DNA of 64,000 nucleotides from Halobacteriovoraceae bacterium (GCA_963719505.1 CAVRCF010000005.1:160001-224000), one strand, 5' to 3'; shown: positions 8,871-18,827, counted from the first letter of the stretch. Notes: a model not told the origin generated them from the sequence alone. Numbers and translations: made by a program.

Positions 8871-10031
8871 ATGACGAAAGGAAGATCGTCTCGTTTTAAC
8901 GAGAATTGGGAGAGTGTCCGTGATGAAAAAGGTAATTTAACAGATTTTGGCGAGTTTTTAAAAAGTAAGTTAATTAGTTTTTTGGAGCATGATTATTTAA
9001 ATATTTTATGTGGGCTCGGTACTTCTCTTGACTGTACTTCTGAAGGTAAAAAAGTTGCTCCTACTATGGGAGATCTATGGAGCGGTATAAAGACACAGAA
9101 AGAAGAGCTTCTTTTAAAGGTAATTGAGCTAACACCTTATGACTCTTCTGATGATAACATCGAAGAACTATTGTCATGTTGTAAATTGGCAATGGGATTT
9201 TATAAAGAAGGCTCCAAAGAATATAAAGCAGTAGAAGAGTTTGTCACATTCGCAGAAAACCTAATCGTAGACAGATGTAATTTCTGTGAAGATGATAAAC
9301 TCGACTTGAGCAGTCACCAAAGCTTTTTATTGAAGTTTGCAAGGAGAGGGAATAAATCAAGAAGAGCGAACCTATTTACAACTAATTATGATTTAGTTTT
9401 TGAAGTCGCAGCATCAAACACGGGGTATATTTTAAATGATGGTTTTTCATTCTCATATCCACGAAAGTTTTTATCAACAAATTTCAATATAGACTTTGTT
9501 CAAAGTCGTATAGCCAACAAAGAACCTAATTACTTAGAAAAGGTTATAAATTATTATAAGTTGCATGGATCAATTGATTGGGAGAGAGCTGGTGACTCAG
9601 GAGTTACTAAGAAAAACGGTAAGGCAGATTCTCCATTGATGATTTTCCCAAGAGCTTCAAAATATGAAATGTCATATCAATCTCCATATTTGGAAATGAT
9701 TACAGCTTTTCAGACACAACTATTGAATAACAATAGTTGCTTGATCATCTGCGGTTTTGGTTTTAATGATAATCATATTTCAAGTCACATTCTGAATGCA
9801 TTAAGAACAAATCCTACGATGAGTATTATTATCGTTGACCCTTCAATAGAGGAAAAAGCAAAGGGTAATAAAGAAATATCTGAAATCTCAAAAATGATTG
9901 ATGCAGGTGATGGTCGTATTGTCCTTCTAACATTAACGTTCAAGGAATTTGTAGAAGTGTTTCCTGACCTTGTATCTGAGTCTGAGTGGGAAATTCATAT
10001 GAATAGAGTTAGCAAGACTAAAGGAGAGTAA
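8871..10031 (+). CDS. SIR2-family NADase (SIR2-HerA defence system)
   Basis: GLGTS, FTTNYD, KLHGS and GFGFND motifs; directly upstream of HerA. Confidence 0.9.
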   Translation: MTKGRSSRFNENWESVRDEKGNLTDFGEFLKSKLISFLEHDYLNILCGLGTSLDCTSEGKKVAPTMGDLWSGIKTQKEELLLKVIELTPYDSSDDNIEELLSCCKLAMGFYKEGSKEYKAVEEFVTFAENLIVDRCNFCEDDKLDLSSHQSFLLKFARRGNKSRRANLFTTNYDLVFEVAASNTGYILNDGFSFSYPRKFLSTNFNIDFVQSRIANKEPNYLEKVINYYKLHGSIDWERAGDSGVTKKNGKADSPLMIFPRASKYEMSYQSPYLEMITAFQTQLLNNNSCLIICGFGFNDNHISSHILNALRTNPTMSIIIVDPSIEEKAKGNKEISEISKMIDAGDGRIVLLTLTFKEFVEVFPDLVSESEWEIHMNRVSKTKGE

Positions 10032-10032
10032 T

Positions 10033-11682
10033 ATGAATTATTTTTCTCCTGAAAGAATTATAGGCAGTGTAAATTCCGTTAATGCAAGTTCATGTGTAGT
10101 AAACTTACCTGAGGCCGCTAACAAAAATGGCAGAAGTTTATATGGAAACAACTTAAAGGCAGGGGTTGTAGGAGAGTTTGTTGTTATAGAAATGCACCAG
10201 TATGCTTTACTAGGAAAGATTATAACAACAAAGGTGCCAGAGTCTGAACGTTTATCAGTGAATGTAGATCTCGGGCAAAGTGTAAGTGCAAATCCATTAG
10301 GTATTGTTCAGCTTTTAGCAAGCTTTGACTCAATAAATGACAGATTCACCCCTGGCTTGAAAGAGTATCCCAGGATTGGAGCTAAAGTATATGCAGCACA
10401 CCCTGATTTGATTCAGAAACTTTCAAGTGTTGATATATCCAAGAAGGTATTTAAATTAGGTGAGATACCGGAAGCAAACTATATAGATATGAATGTAGAT
10501 GTGACGAATCTTGTAGGTAGGCATTGTGTTATTTTAGGGACCACTGGTGGGGGAAAAAGTTGGACTACTGCTACTATTGTAGAAGGTCTTGCAAAAAACA
10601 AAGTAAAGACTATTCTCCTTGATCCGACTGGAGAGTACCATACAATAAGTTCAAGTGTTAAGAATGTTTACTTGGGTGACTATGATTCAGCTCCAGATTC
10701 TCAGCAATGCTTCTTCCCATATACATCTTTAGAAGAAAGAGATTTATTTGCAATTTTTCAACCTAGTTCTGCGAGTCAGATACCAAAGTTAAAAGAGGCA
10801 ATCGCAAGTTTAAAACTAGCTAAAATTGATCCTACAATTGCAACATCAGGCATGGTTTTAAAGGCAGGAAAAGATAAGACAAATTTTGAAGCTTCTATGA
10901 TAACAAACGGTAAGGCAATTGTTAGTGGTACATCTGACTTTGATATAAGCCTGTTGTCTAAGCAAATAGTAGAAGAGTGTGTCTGGCCTCAAGACTTCAA
11001 GAAGCCGACATTCTGGGGTGGGCGAAATGACCAAATGTATGGTTACAATATAAGTCTTATTTCTCGAATAGATTCATGTTTGAATAGTAATAGTTTAGAT
11101 TGTTTATTTGATACCTCACAGGGGAATAGCTTTATTGATGAAGTTGATAAGTTTCTAAAGGGAGAAGACTCAATTTTAAGGGTTTCTGCAGAGTCTATCT
11201 CCTTTGAAAATAATGCAAGGGAGATCACAGCAAATGCAATAGGAAGGTACCTCTTGAAGTTAGCAAGACAAAATTGTTTTAAGAAAAATCCCGTTGTTGT
11301 TATTGTTGATGAGGCACATCAGTTTATGGACAAAAGCGTTGGAGATGAAATAAGCAAGGTTAAACTTGACTCTTTTTCCTTAATTGCTAAAGAAGGGAGA
11401 AAATACGGATTGAATATAATTTTAACAACACAAAGGTCTAGGGATATTTCTGAGGGAGTTTTAAGCCAGATTGGAACATTTATTGTACACAGATTGATTA
11501 ATGAGTCTGATATTAGAGTTGTAGAAAAAGCATCAGGAGAGGTTGATGGAAAAGTAATTAATTTCTTACCGACACTATCTCAAGGTGAAGCTATCGTTCT
11601 AGGAGTCGACTTTAATATTCCATTGACTGTTAAAATACATAAACCAACAAATCCGCCAAAATCTGAAGGACCAAAATACTAA
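10033..11682 (+). CDS. herA: HerA/FtsK-family ATPase
   Basis: HAS-barrel-like N-terminus, Walker A GTTGGGKS, DPTGEY, Walker B VDEAH, EGRKYG, TQR. Confidence 0.92.
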   Translation: MNYFSPERIIGSVNSVNASSCVVNLPEAANKNGRSLYGNNLKAGVVGEFVVIEMHQYALLGKIITTKVPESERLSVNVDLGQSVSANPLGIVQLLASFDSINDRFTPGLKEYPRIGAKVYAAHPDLIQKLSSVDISKKVFKLGEIPEANYIDMNVDVTNLVGRHCVILGTTGGGKSWTTATIVEGLAKNKVKTILLDPTGEYHTISSSVKNVYLGDYDSAPDSQQCFFPYTSLEERDLFAIFQPSSASQIPKLKEAIASLKLAKIDPTIATSGMVLKAGKDKTNFEASMITNGKAIVSGTSDFDISLLSKQIVEECVWPQDFKKPTFWGGRNDQMYGYNISLISRIDSCLNSNSLDCLFDTSQGNSFIDEVDKFLKGEDSILRVSAESISFENNAREITANAIGRYLLKLARQNCFKKNPVVVIVDEAHQFMDKSVGDEISKVKLDSFSLIAKEGRKYGLNIILTTQRSRDISEGVLSQIGTFIVHRLINESDIRVVEKASGEVDGKVINFLPTLSQGEAIVLGVDFNIPLTVKIHKPTNPPKSEGPKY

Positions 11683-11683
11683 A

Positions 11684-13618
11684 ATGTTTACTATGCCATA
11701 CAGTCTTATTCATTATGCACACGAAAAAGGTCTTAAAAGAGGCAAGAAGTCTGTATTTGGTAATATCAATGGACAAATAATTACGCTTACTCCAAGCGCA
11801 GATGCTACTATTCTTATTACAATTCACTTGCATGATCCATCTAGTATAACAACTGAAAGGTTGCGGTCCTTCGACTCATTCAAAAAATCTTCTGCTCAGC
11901 CTCATGACGTTGTAGAAGATGTATGTCGCTTTGGAATTACTCATAAGTCATTCGAGAAAAAACAAATTAAAGTACTACAGGATGGCATAGACGATATTAT
12001 CAAAGTCGTTGAGTCTTTTAATAAGCCAACATATCAAAAGGATTTAATTCTCATAGGTGGAGTTGCAAGACCAAATTCTGAAGAAGAAATAGAAAAGTAT
12101 AAGGCTAAGAATACTGAAAAGTTTAATAGGAAGGTCGATTATATGTCCGCTGGGATAGTAACTTTGTTATCCTCCATTATAGGTGGCTATTTGTTTGGCT
12201 ATGGTATGGCCATGATTTTTTCTAAGCTTAAAGCTGGCCTACATATGATCTCAAGAGCCTTTTTCTACTATATGATTCCTGGTGGGATTTATCTCAAAAG
12301 AGCAAAGAAAATAGATCGGAATGGTAGGATAATTGTAACACTATGTGCTCTAGTCATGCTCGTCGTGGCCGAGTTTATGCTTATCTATTATGGAACTAAC
12401 TCTAAAGGATATGGATACTCTTTTAATGAAGCCATGGACTTGTTTATAAATCTTCTTTCAAATAAGGGGCAGTATCAAAGAGAGTTCATTATAGGGCTTG
12501 TTATTGTTCTAGGGTTGAATTTCTTACCAGCACGACTCCAATTTAATAAAGACATTAGGATTGAGGAAGGTATTGATGTAGATGATGAATACTATAATAG
12601 AGCAACAGAGCTAAAAAGTGCGAATAAGTGGAGGACAGGTATCCTAGTTTCTTCGATATTTATCGGAATGTTTGGGTTTGTTCGTCATGTAACCTTGGGA
12701 GCTGACTTTGATTACGTATACCCGATACATCAATGGGGTTGGTTTTTTGGATCTTGGCTTCTTTCATTTATATTTGTTGCCTTGCTTGTTCAGCTAGTTC
12801 CTATGTTGAGAAAGAGTGTTGGCTCAAATGATTATAAACCAATAAAGAAATCTATTAAGACCCTTGAGATATTAGTTTATTCAGCATCTATAGCTACTTG
12901 GATCTTGTCAGGGGTGAATTACGTTAATCTAGAGTTTCCTTCTAAAGAAATAACTCAAGAAGGCTTGGTTACTAAGCTTGATTATAATTACAAGACCAAG
13001 GAATACTTCCTAGAATTTAAATCCGATAAGTATCCTAATGTGTTTATGAATGCGCATACTAAAAAACAACCATATTTGATAGATAATACAAAGGCACGAG
13101 CCACGATTAAAGAGGGATACTTAGGGTCACCATTAATAACAGAAATGAGCTATTTCGAGGTGAATACCTTTGAATCAGCAAGTAAACACTTCAAAAGTGA
13201 AAATGAGCTTAGAAGCTCAAACATTGAAGCATTTGTTAAATTTGATAAGAGTGATGCTTTTTTAGTTCAAATTGATAAATGGGCAACTCAATGTAAAGAA
13301 AAGAAAGATTACAGCTGTAGACTTTCTAGTTATGTATATGCTCACAAGAAAGATACCTTGAATCAAGCTCGCTTTGTAAAAATGGGTTGCTTAGAAGCAG
13401 ATGATCCTATTTCTTGTTATGGATATTTCTTTGGAGGTAAGTTTGATGATACTTCAAAGAAGACGGCACTTGAAAGACTTGAAAAGGGCTGTGATTTATA
13501 TAAAGCTGATCACTGTCTTTACTGGGCATATTCTTTAAGAAAAGTTGATCATCCTAAATACCACAGAAAAATAAAAGAATTAATCAAGAAAGGTGCGGAG
13601 TTGAAGAGACTCAAGTAG
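11684..13618 (+). CDS. Multi-pass membrane protein with Cys-rich Sel1-like C-terminus
   Basis: About 7 hydrophobic segments; C-terminal GC..(D/A)..SC / KGC.L....HC repeats. Confidence 0.6.
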   Translation: MFTMPYSLIHYAHEKGLKRGKKSVFGNINGQIITLTPSADATILITIHLHDPSSITTERLRSFDSFKKSSAQPHDVVEDVCRFGITHKSFEKKQIKVLQDGIDDIIKVVESFNKPTYQKDLILIGGVARPNSEEEIEKYKAKNTEKFNRKVDYMSAGIVTLLSSIIGGYLFGYGMAMIFSKLKAGLHMISRAFFYYMIPGGIYLKRAKKIDRNGRIIVTLCALVMLVVAEFMLIYYGTNSKGYGYSFNEAMDLFINLLSNKGQYQREFIIGLVIVLGLNFLPARLQFNKDIRIEEGIDVDDEYYNRATELKSANKWRTGILVSSIFIGMFGFVRHVTLGADFDYVYPIHQWGWFFGSWLLSFIFVALLVQLVPMLRKSVGSNDYKPIKKSIKTLEILVYSASIATWILSGVNYVNLEFPSKEITQEGLVTKLDYNYKTKEYFLEFKSDKYPNVFMNAHTKKQPYLIDNTKARATIKEGYLGSPLITEMSYFEVNTFESASKHFKSENELRSSNIEAFVKFDKSDAFLVQIDKWATQCKEKKDYSCRLSSYVYAHKKDTLNQARFVKMGCLEADDPISCYGYFFGGKFDDTSKKTALERLEKGCDLYKADHCLYWAYSLRKVDHPKYHRKIKELIKKGAELKRLK

Positions 13619-13994
13619 ATCATCCTTATGAAAATTGTAAAGTCTTTGTATATAATTACATTTGTTTTGACTATTGTTTCTGGTTTTTATGCAAATCATA
13701 TCTTTGAAAGAAGTATAGAGATTAATGATGTCGAAATATCTAATATTAAAAATATATTAAATTCACATGGGTTAAAGGCTGAGAATCTAGATGATTACAA
13801 AATTTATGTAGCAGATATTGGTATTTTGCAGGTAAGTTTGTTTGATAATATAATTCTAGTAAATAGTAGATATTTAAAAAACCTTCATGAAAATGAAAGT
13901 CATATAGCATTCTTTTTTGCACATGAAACAAGTCACAATCCTATATATTTGTTCGTGACCCCCTTTTGACGGCTACCTCTTAACGGAGGAAAAA

Positions 13995-14360
13995 ATGGAA
14001 AGAAAAAGAAGAAGATTTACCGAAGATCAAAAAATCCAAATTCTACAGGAACATCGTTCAAAAGGTGTTCCAATTTCAGTTTTAGCACGAGTCCATGATA
14101 TAAATGCAGTAACTTTATACCAATGGAAAAGAGCTATGAAAGACAAACCTGATACTAATATCGATGTTGCTGACCTTTTGAAACAAATTGATCAACTTAA
14201 AAAAGACAAAGATAAACTACTCAAGAAAGTTGGTGAATCTACCCTCAGAGAAGAGGTCGCTCAGGATATCATCGATTTTTATAAAAAAAAGATCTTGGAA
14301 CAGGAGTTGATCGAGCAAAAGAATTCATCAAACTCAAAAAGAAAGGATCAAAAAAAATGA
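13995..14360 (+). CDS. IS3-family OrfA
   Basis: Identical protein to 5047-5412. Confidence 0.93.
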   Translation: MERKRRRFTEDQKIQILQEHRSKGVPISVLARVHDINAVTLYQWKRAMKDKPDTNIDVADLLKQIDQLKKDKDKLLKKVGESTLREEVAQDIIDFYKKKILEQELIEQKNSSNSKRKDQKK

Positions 14361-15159
14361 TCTGTGAAATGTTTGGAGTCCACTCAAAATCAATTTATAA
14401 AACGACTAGCTCAAAGAAATTTTACTTTAAAGCTGAAGATGGAGAAATACTAAGCCAGATTAGGTCAATTGTTTCCTTACGACCAACTTATGGTTATAAA
14501 CGAGTTACGGCCATGGTCAATCGTCTTCGACTTACTCTGGGGCATCCAAGGCTTAATAAGAAGCGTATCTACAGGATCATGAGAGTGAATGGACTTCTTC
14601 TTCCAAAGTCTGCTGTGACGAGAACTCACACTCCAACTGGCAAAGTAATGACTCTGCATTCAAATACAAGGTGGTGCAGTGATTGTTTTGAGATTAAGTG
14701 CTTTAACGGAGAAAAAGTTTTTGTTTCTTTTGTTTTAGATACATGTGACAGAGAGGTTCTCTCATTTGTAGCTTCAAAATCACCACTGCTTGCGACTGAT
14801 ATTGAGAGTCTGATGCTGAAAGCAGTTAAATACAGGTTTAAAGATTACAAAACTTTGAGAACGATAGAATTTTTATCGGATAGAGGAAGTATTTATCGAG
14901 CCCATTCTGTTAAGAATTTGGCGAACCGTATTGGTTAAAAAGCTGTTATACAGCTGCCTATAGCCCAGAATCAAATGGAATGAGTGAAGCTTTTGTGAAA
15001 ACGATCAAGCGAGACTATGTCTACAACAGCGACTGTTACAGTGCGGATGTAGTGCTGAAGATGATCAAGGGTTGGATGAAAGATTATAATGAAATAGCAC
15101 CTCATTCAGGGCTTGGCATGTTGAGCCCGAAAGAGTATTTATTAGAAAATCAAAGGTAG
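14357..15159 (+). pseudogene. IS3-family OrfB with frameshift near 14930
   Basis: AACCGTATTGGTTAAAA here vs AACCATCTTGGTTTAAAA in copy A; mutation or sequencing error. Confidence 0.75.
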
Positions 15160-15552
15160 CCTAAAACGGGGTCCAATCCATATTTTATAATCTCTTTATG
15201 TTCTTTATGCCTTGGTGCTTACCTAGTTTTTAAAAAGGAAAAGGTAAAGCAATCTTTAATTAGGTATATTTTAGGATTATCGATAGCTTGCTATATGGAG
15301 AGTAATGCAGATATTGAAGGTTGTAAGCTAATAAATAATCAACAAGCCGCCTTGTCGGGCCTAGACCATCTTGATCAAGAAGTTAGTAGTATAAGAAGTA
15401 TTTTAGGCTTATTTAAGCTCAATGCACATCCTCCTATTTTAGTAAGAAAGCTAGTATTAAAATCTTATTGTCGTGATGCGTCATTCTTGAAAACTGATAA
15501 ATAAGTTATATTTTAGGTTCTATGAGTGAATTCTATCTGGCATAATATATTT

Positions 15553-16476
15553 ATGGATAAATTAATTAAAAACAGAAACATTATATTGCTTCTTGTAGCG
15601 CTAGTTCTAATGACATCATGTGCACTCAATAATGGTTATAAAAATTCACCTGGTAAAACAGATGAAGAGAAAAAGTATAACTTTATAATGAGTCTATATG
15701 AGCAAGAGCGATTCATTCTTTCATATGAAAACATAAAAATGTTTATAACTGAGTATCCAGAATCAGATAAGTTACAAAAACTTAGATGGATGAAGGTTAG
15801 GATTGCAAACGATCAGCAGGACTATAAAAAACTACAAAGAGTAAGTCGAGATTACTTAGAAAAATATCCTGATACAGACAAAAAAGATGAACTTGTTAAA
15901 ATGAAAGATCAGGCAGATGAGAGATTCAATACATTTGATACTCATATGGAATTCAATTATTACTTTGGTTGGGCTATGGGGCAAAGTGGAAATTTTGATG
16001 ATAACCATAAAGACCGCGTTACAAATATGGGACTGCACTATTATTTCAAGGAAAACTATGCATTTGGAGTTGATAGGACTGTAATACTTTATGATGGAGA
16101 TGATTCTCAGTTTAATTCAGTAGATACTTCTGAAAAGAATGATCAAGTCAGTATCACTCTCGCTACGCCAACGTTTACCTATCGCAATTTGTTTCACGAT
16201 AAGTTTACATTTATGTACCGTGTAGGTTACTCATGGGTTCAAAATGGTCTTGGTGATCGGTTCGAGAGTTCAGATGAGGTAAACGATTCAGGGCATGCCA
16301 TTTCTCAAAAGTTCCTGTTTAATTACTGTTATGACAAAGAAGGAAAGGTTAAATGTTGGAACGGAGACAATGTTTCATTTGGATTCTTTACCTTTAATTT
16401 TATTGATGGTGCGGTAGGAAAAACAGAATTAAAAGATAGTATGCTATGGGGGTTCTTACTAGGAATATCAACATAG
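15553..16476 (+). CDS. Lipoprotein with BamD/TPR-like N-domain and beta-barrel-like C-domain
   Basis: Lipobox LMTSC; FITEYPES and YLEKYPDT TPR motifs; C-terminal amphipathic strands. Confidence 0.6.
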   Translation: MDKLIKNRNIILLLVALVLMTSCALNNGYKNSPGKTDEEKKYNFIMSLYEQERFILSYENIKMFITEYPESDKLQKLRWMKVRIANDQQDYKKLQRVSRDYLEKYPDTDKKDELVKMKDQADERFNTFDTHMEFNYYFGWAMGQSGNFDDNHKDRVTNMGLHYYFKENYAFGVDRTVILYDGDDSQFNSVDTSEKNDQVSITLATPTFTYRNLFHDKFTFMYRVGYSWVQNGLGDRFESSDEVNDSGHAISQKFLFNYCYDKEGKVKCWNGDNVSFGFFTFNFIDGAVGKTELKDSMLWGFLLGIST

Positions 16477-16529
16477 TTTACAGGTCCCATTTTTTATTAG
16501 TCCTTGTCTAAAATTCATTTCGTTATTTT

Positions 16530-16547
16530 ATGCCAGCCATGCCAGCC
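16530..16547 (+). repeat. Tandem ATGCCAGCC x2, putative arm-type sites at the right end
   Basis: Matches the repeats at 1835-1853. Confidence 0.7.
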
Positions 16548-16620
16548 GAATTCTGAAACATAGTTAAATCGAATGAAGTATTATGAAATCGAAAAAAGCG
16601 CAAAAGGCCTGTATCCATCG

Positions 16621-16683
16621 CTAGTATGTTGAAATTAAAAAACTTTTCAAATTGTAGAACGACGCCTCGGGTAGTTCTGGCAT
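16621..16683 (-). pseudogene. mutM: Displaced native mutM 5' stub / right att site
   Basis: Reads MPELPE-ASFYNLKSFLISTY* with a GAAGAGAG RBS-like sequence; contains the TCGGGTA core. Confidence 0.85.
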
Positions 16684-16831
16684 AAATTATCTCTCTTCGG
16701 CATTACTACTTAAATTTAGACTGACTCTTCTATCATGACACCATATTAATTTTAGTTAAATTTACAGCCAAAAAATGGTGTAGTAAAGGTCGAAGGTTTC
16801 TGTCATAATAATTTAAGGGGCTTGTATCAAA

Positions 16832-17341
16832 ATGAAAAAAACTTATTACGATATATTTATGATTGTTGGCTGTGTTGGAATGATTATACTTGCAAGTATA
16901 TACTATCTAATCATGCGCGATTTCATTCCTTCTTTGTTCATGTTAGCTATCTCTTTGGTCTTTTTTCTGTTTTCAAGAAGACAGGTTCCTGACTTGGAAG
17001 ACTTAGGTCTGATCCACGAAGATATGGATAAAAGGTTTGTTTGGGGTGATCCTCAAAAATACGTTTGGGATAATGAACAATTCAAAATGTTATTTACCGA
17101 ATACAAAATCGCTGATTTGAAAGGTAAAGGTAGTCCTGTCACAAACGGGGGAATTCTTGTTACAGTTATTCTTAAAGGCTCTATGCCCTCTACTTTAGAA
17201 GAGTTAATAAAGAATGAAGGTTTTGAAAAAGATGATGGGGATGAAAGTCATTTTTGGAAAGTGTCTAGGGAAAGTACTTACAGCCCCGTTTCTGTCCAGA
17301 AGTTAGCTACTCATTATCAAAGTGTCCTTGTCAAAGTTTAA
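16832..17341 (+). CDS. Hypothetical membrane protein
   Basis: Two N-terminal TM segments. Confidence 0.6.
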   Translation: MKKTYYDIFMIVGCVGMIILASIYYLIMRDFIPSLFMLAISLVFFLFSRRQVPDLEDLGLIHEDMDKRFVWGDPQKYVWDNEQFKMLFTEYKIADLKGKGSPVTNGGILVTVILKGSMPSTLEELIKNEGFEKDDGDESHFWKVSRESTYSPVSVQKLATHYQSVLVKV

Positions 17342-17352
17342 ATACCTCTTTC

Positions 17353-17381
17353 TTGACAGTCCTATAAAATAGACCTAAATT
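17353..17381 (+). promoter_or_regulatory. Sigma70 promoter TTGACA-17-TAAATT
   Basis: Near-consensus elements upstream of a leader ORF and GNAT gene. Confidence 0.7.
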
Positions 17382-17407
17382 GAAAATTCATCACCAAGGA
17401 GGTTCTT

Positions 17408-17461
17408 ATGAAAAATTCAAACACAATTTCAAATAGAACATCTTTGGGTCTTTTAAAATAA
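17408..17461 (+). CDS. Putative leader peptide MKNSNTISNRTSLGLLK
   Basis: Strong RBS AAGGAGG; lies between the promoter and the GNAT gene. Confidence 0.55.
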   Translation: MKNSNTISNRTSLGLLK

Positions 17462-17530
17462 TTAAATCCATCCATTTTTGTTCTTTATCTTAAGTTTAAT
17501 TTTTTAACTAATTTAAAGGGTATTATTATT

Positions 17531-18469
17531 ATGTCATCGAATCATGAAAATGTGCAGCTATTTGCTAAGGCTGCTTTAGATACGTTTAACCTAAAACAAT
17601 TTAGCATTGATAAAGAAAAGGCTCTTGTTGGTCTTAAAGATGATATTGGCTCTGAGTTTGAGGATTTAAATGCCAAGGAGACTAAGAAGGCGAGATGCGA
17701 TCATTTTAAAGTTACTGGAGCAAAGCCAAAGGGATATGAAGAAAAAGTTCTTTTCTTAGACTCAGGAAAAAGCGTTATTTATGGAATTCGGCATATGGGT
17801 GGGAACCCTGATTTACCATTTATTCAGTTCACTCCTAATTATCCAATATCTTCTAAAGCCGAGGCTTTAGAAGTATATGAGAAAGTTGGACATGAGTTTT
17901 TGGTGTTTAAACCAAAATATCTAAGCTTTTGGTCTAGAGATGAAATTGATGCAGACTTTTTAGGTTCAACCTTTATGGTTTCGACGTCAAATGAAATGAA
18001 AAATTTAAATGAATGGCCTCTAGAGAGAGATCTAAAATTTACTAAAATAACTGATGATTCTTACTATGAATGGTATGAAAACGGTTACAAAGAGTTTCAC
18101 GAGTCTTCTCCAGAATTAAGGGAGAAGGTTACCGTTAACAGTGTTGATTCGATGAGAGATTCAATGCAGGAAGGATTACTTTACTTTGTTGAGCTCAATG
18201 GACAAAGAATGGGGTTAATCGCTGGAGAGAAGAGTAAGCTTCTTGGTCACGACGGGCTCTATTTTCATGAAATATATATTTCTAAAAAATGGAAAGGCAA
18301 GGGAGTTGCTAAGGCTATCCAGAGAAAATTTGTAGCATCTAAAACTGCCGGACACGAATTTGTTTGGGGAACGATAGACTCTCACAATTTGCCGTCATAT
18401 AAAACTGCGAAGTCTAATGGAAGAATTCCCATTCGATTTGAGTGTTTTATCAATATAGTTTCAAAGTAA
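17531..18469 (+). CDS. GNAT-family acetyltransferase domain protein
   Basis: EIYISKKWKGKGVAKAI acetyl-CoA motif; GTIDSHNLPSYKTA. Confidence 0.75.
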   Translation: MSSNHENVQLFAKAALDTFNLKQFSIDKEKALVGLKDDIGSEFEDLNAKETKKARCDHFKVTGAKPKGYEEKVLFLDSGKSVIYGIRHMGGNPDLPFIQFTPNYPISSKAEALEVYEKVGHEFLVFKPKYLSFWSRDEIDADFLGSTFMVSTSNEMKNLNEWPLERDLKFTKITDDSYYEWYENGYKEFHESSPELREKVTVNSVDSMRDSMQEGLLYFVELNGQRMGLIAGEKSKLLGHDGLYFHEIYISKKWKGKGVAKAIQRKFVASKTAGHEFVWGTIDSHNLPSYKTAKSNGRIPIRFECFINIVSK

Positions 18470-18827
18470 AATATCAAAGAATTGTGAAAGGGAAGTGAGC
18501 TCTTATTTTAAAGTAAGAGTTCTTATCCTAATAAAGCTAGACGTCTCATTGGGCAACTAGGTGAGATCAGATTTTTCTATGACTTCGTGTTTATCCTTAA
18601 GTTTTTCTTAAACTTTTAAATTCAGATTTACTCCACATAAGGCTTATCTATCTCTATGGCACGCATGGGTTAAACCTTAACCTATGTTAACGAAACACCG
18701 ATTTTTGTAAGTACACCCTGTAGTAATTTCTAAAGATATTGAGATCGATCATTAGTTCCTCTATTTTGACATTAAAATTTATATTATCTAATTGAATGTT
18801 TGAAAAAACGAAGTCAGGAGTATCAAA

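Larger units (their letters stand above)
13950..15180 (+). mobile_element. IS3-family element, copy B
   Basis: Same sequence as 4226-5457 in inverted orientation; 4-bp target duplication TATT (13946-49, 15181-84). Confidence 0.95.
13628..15504 (+). pseudogene. M48/HtpX-like Zn protease split by IS3 copy B
   Basis: AHETSH (HExxH) before the IS; removing the IS plus TATT restores the frame through a TM segment to ESNAD and HP motifs. Confidence 0.8.
1757..16673. mobile_element. Tyrosine-integrase genomic island inserted in the 5' end of mutM
   Basis: Integrase at the left end; 7-bp direct repeat TCGGGTA at 1757-1763 and 16667-16673 inside two copies of the MPELPE-coding sequence; ATGCCAGCC arm-like repeats at both ends. 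Confidence 0.9.

Noticed and set aside
14920-14945. Programmed frameshift in IS copy B orfB
   Set aside because: Copy A is in frame here; clustered differences fit mutation or sequencing error.
11684-16476. Integron cassette array
   Set aside because: No attC-like GTTRRRY inverted structures between the genes, and the integrase looks phage-type rather than IntI.
18732-18762. KDIEIDH(LVP)-like HNH nuclease remnant
   Set aside because: Too short and broken to support a feature.
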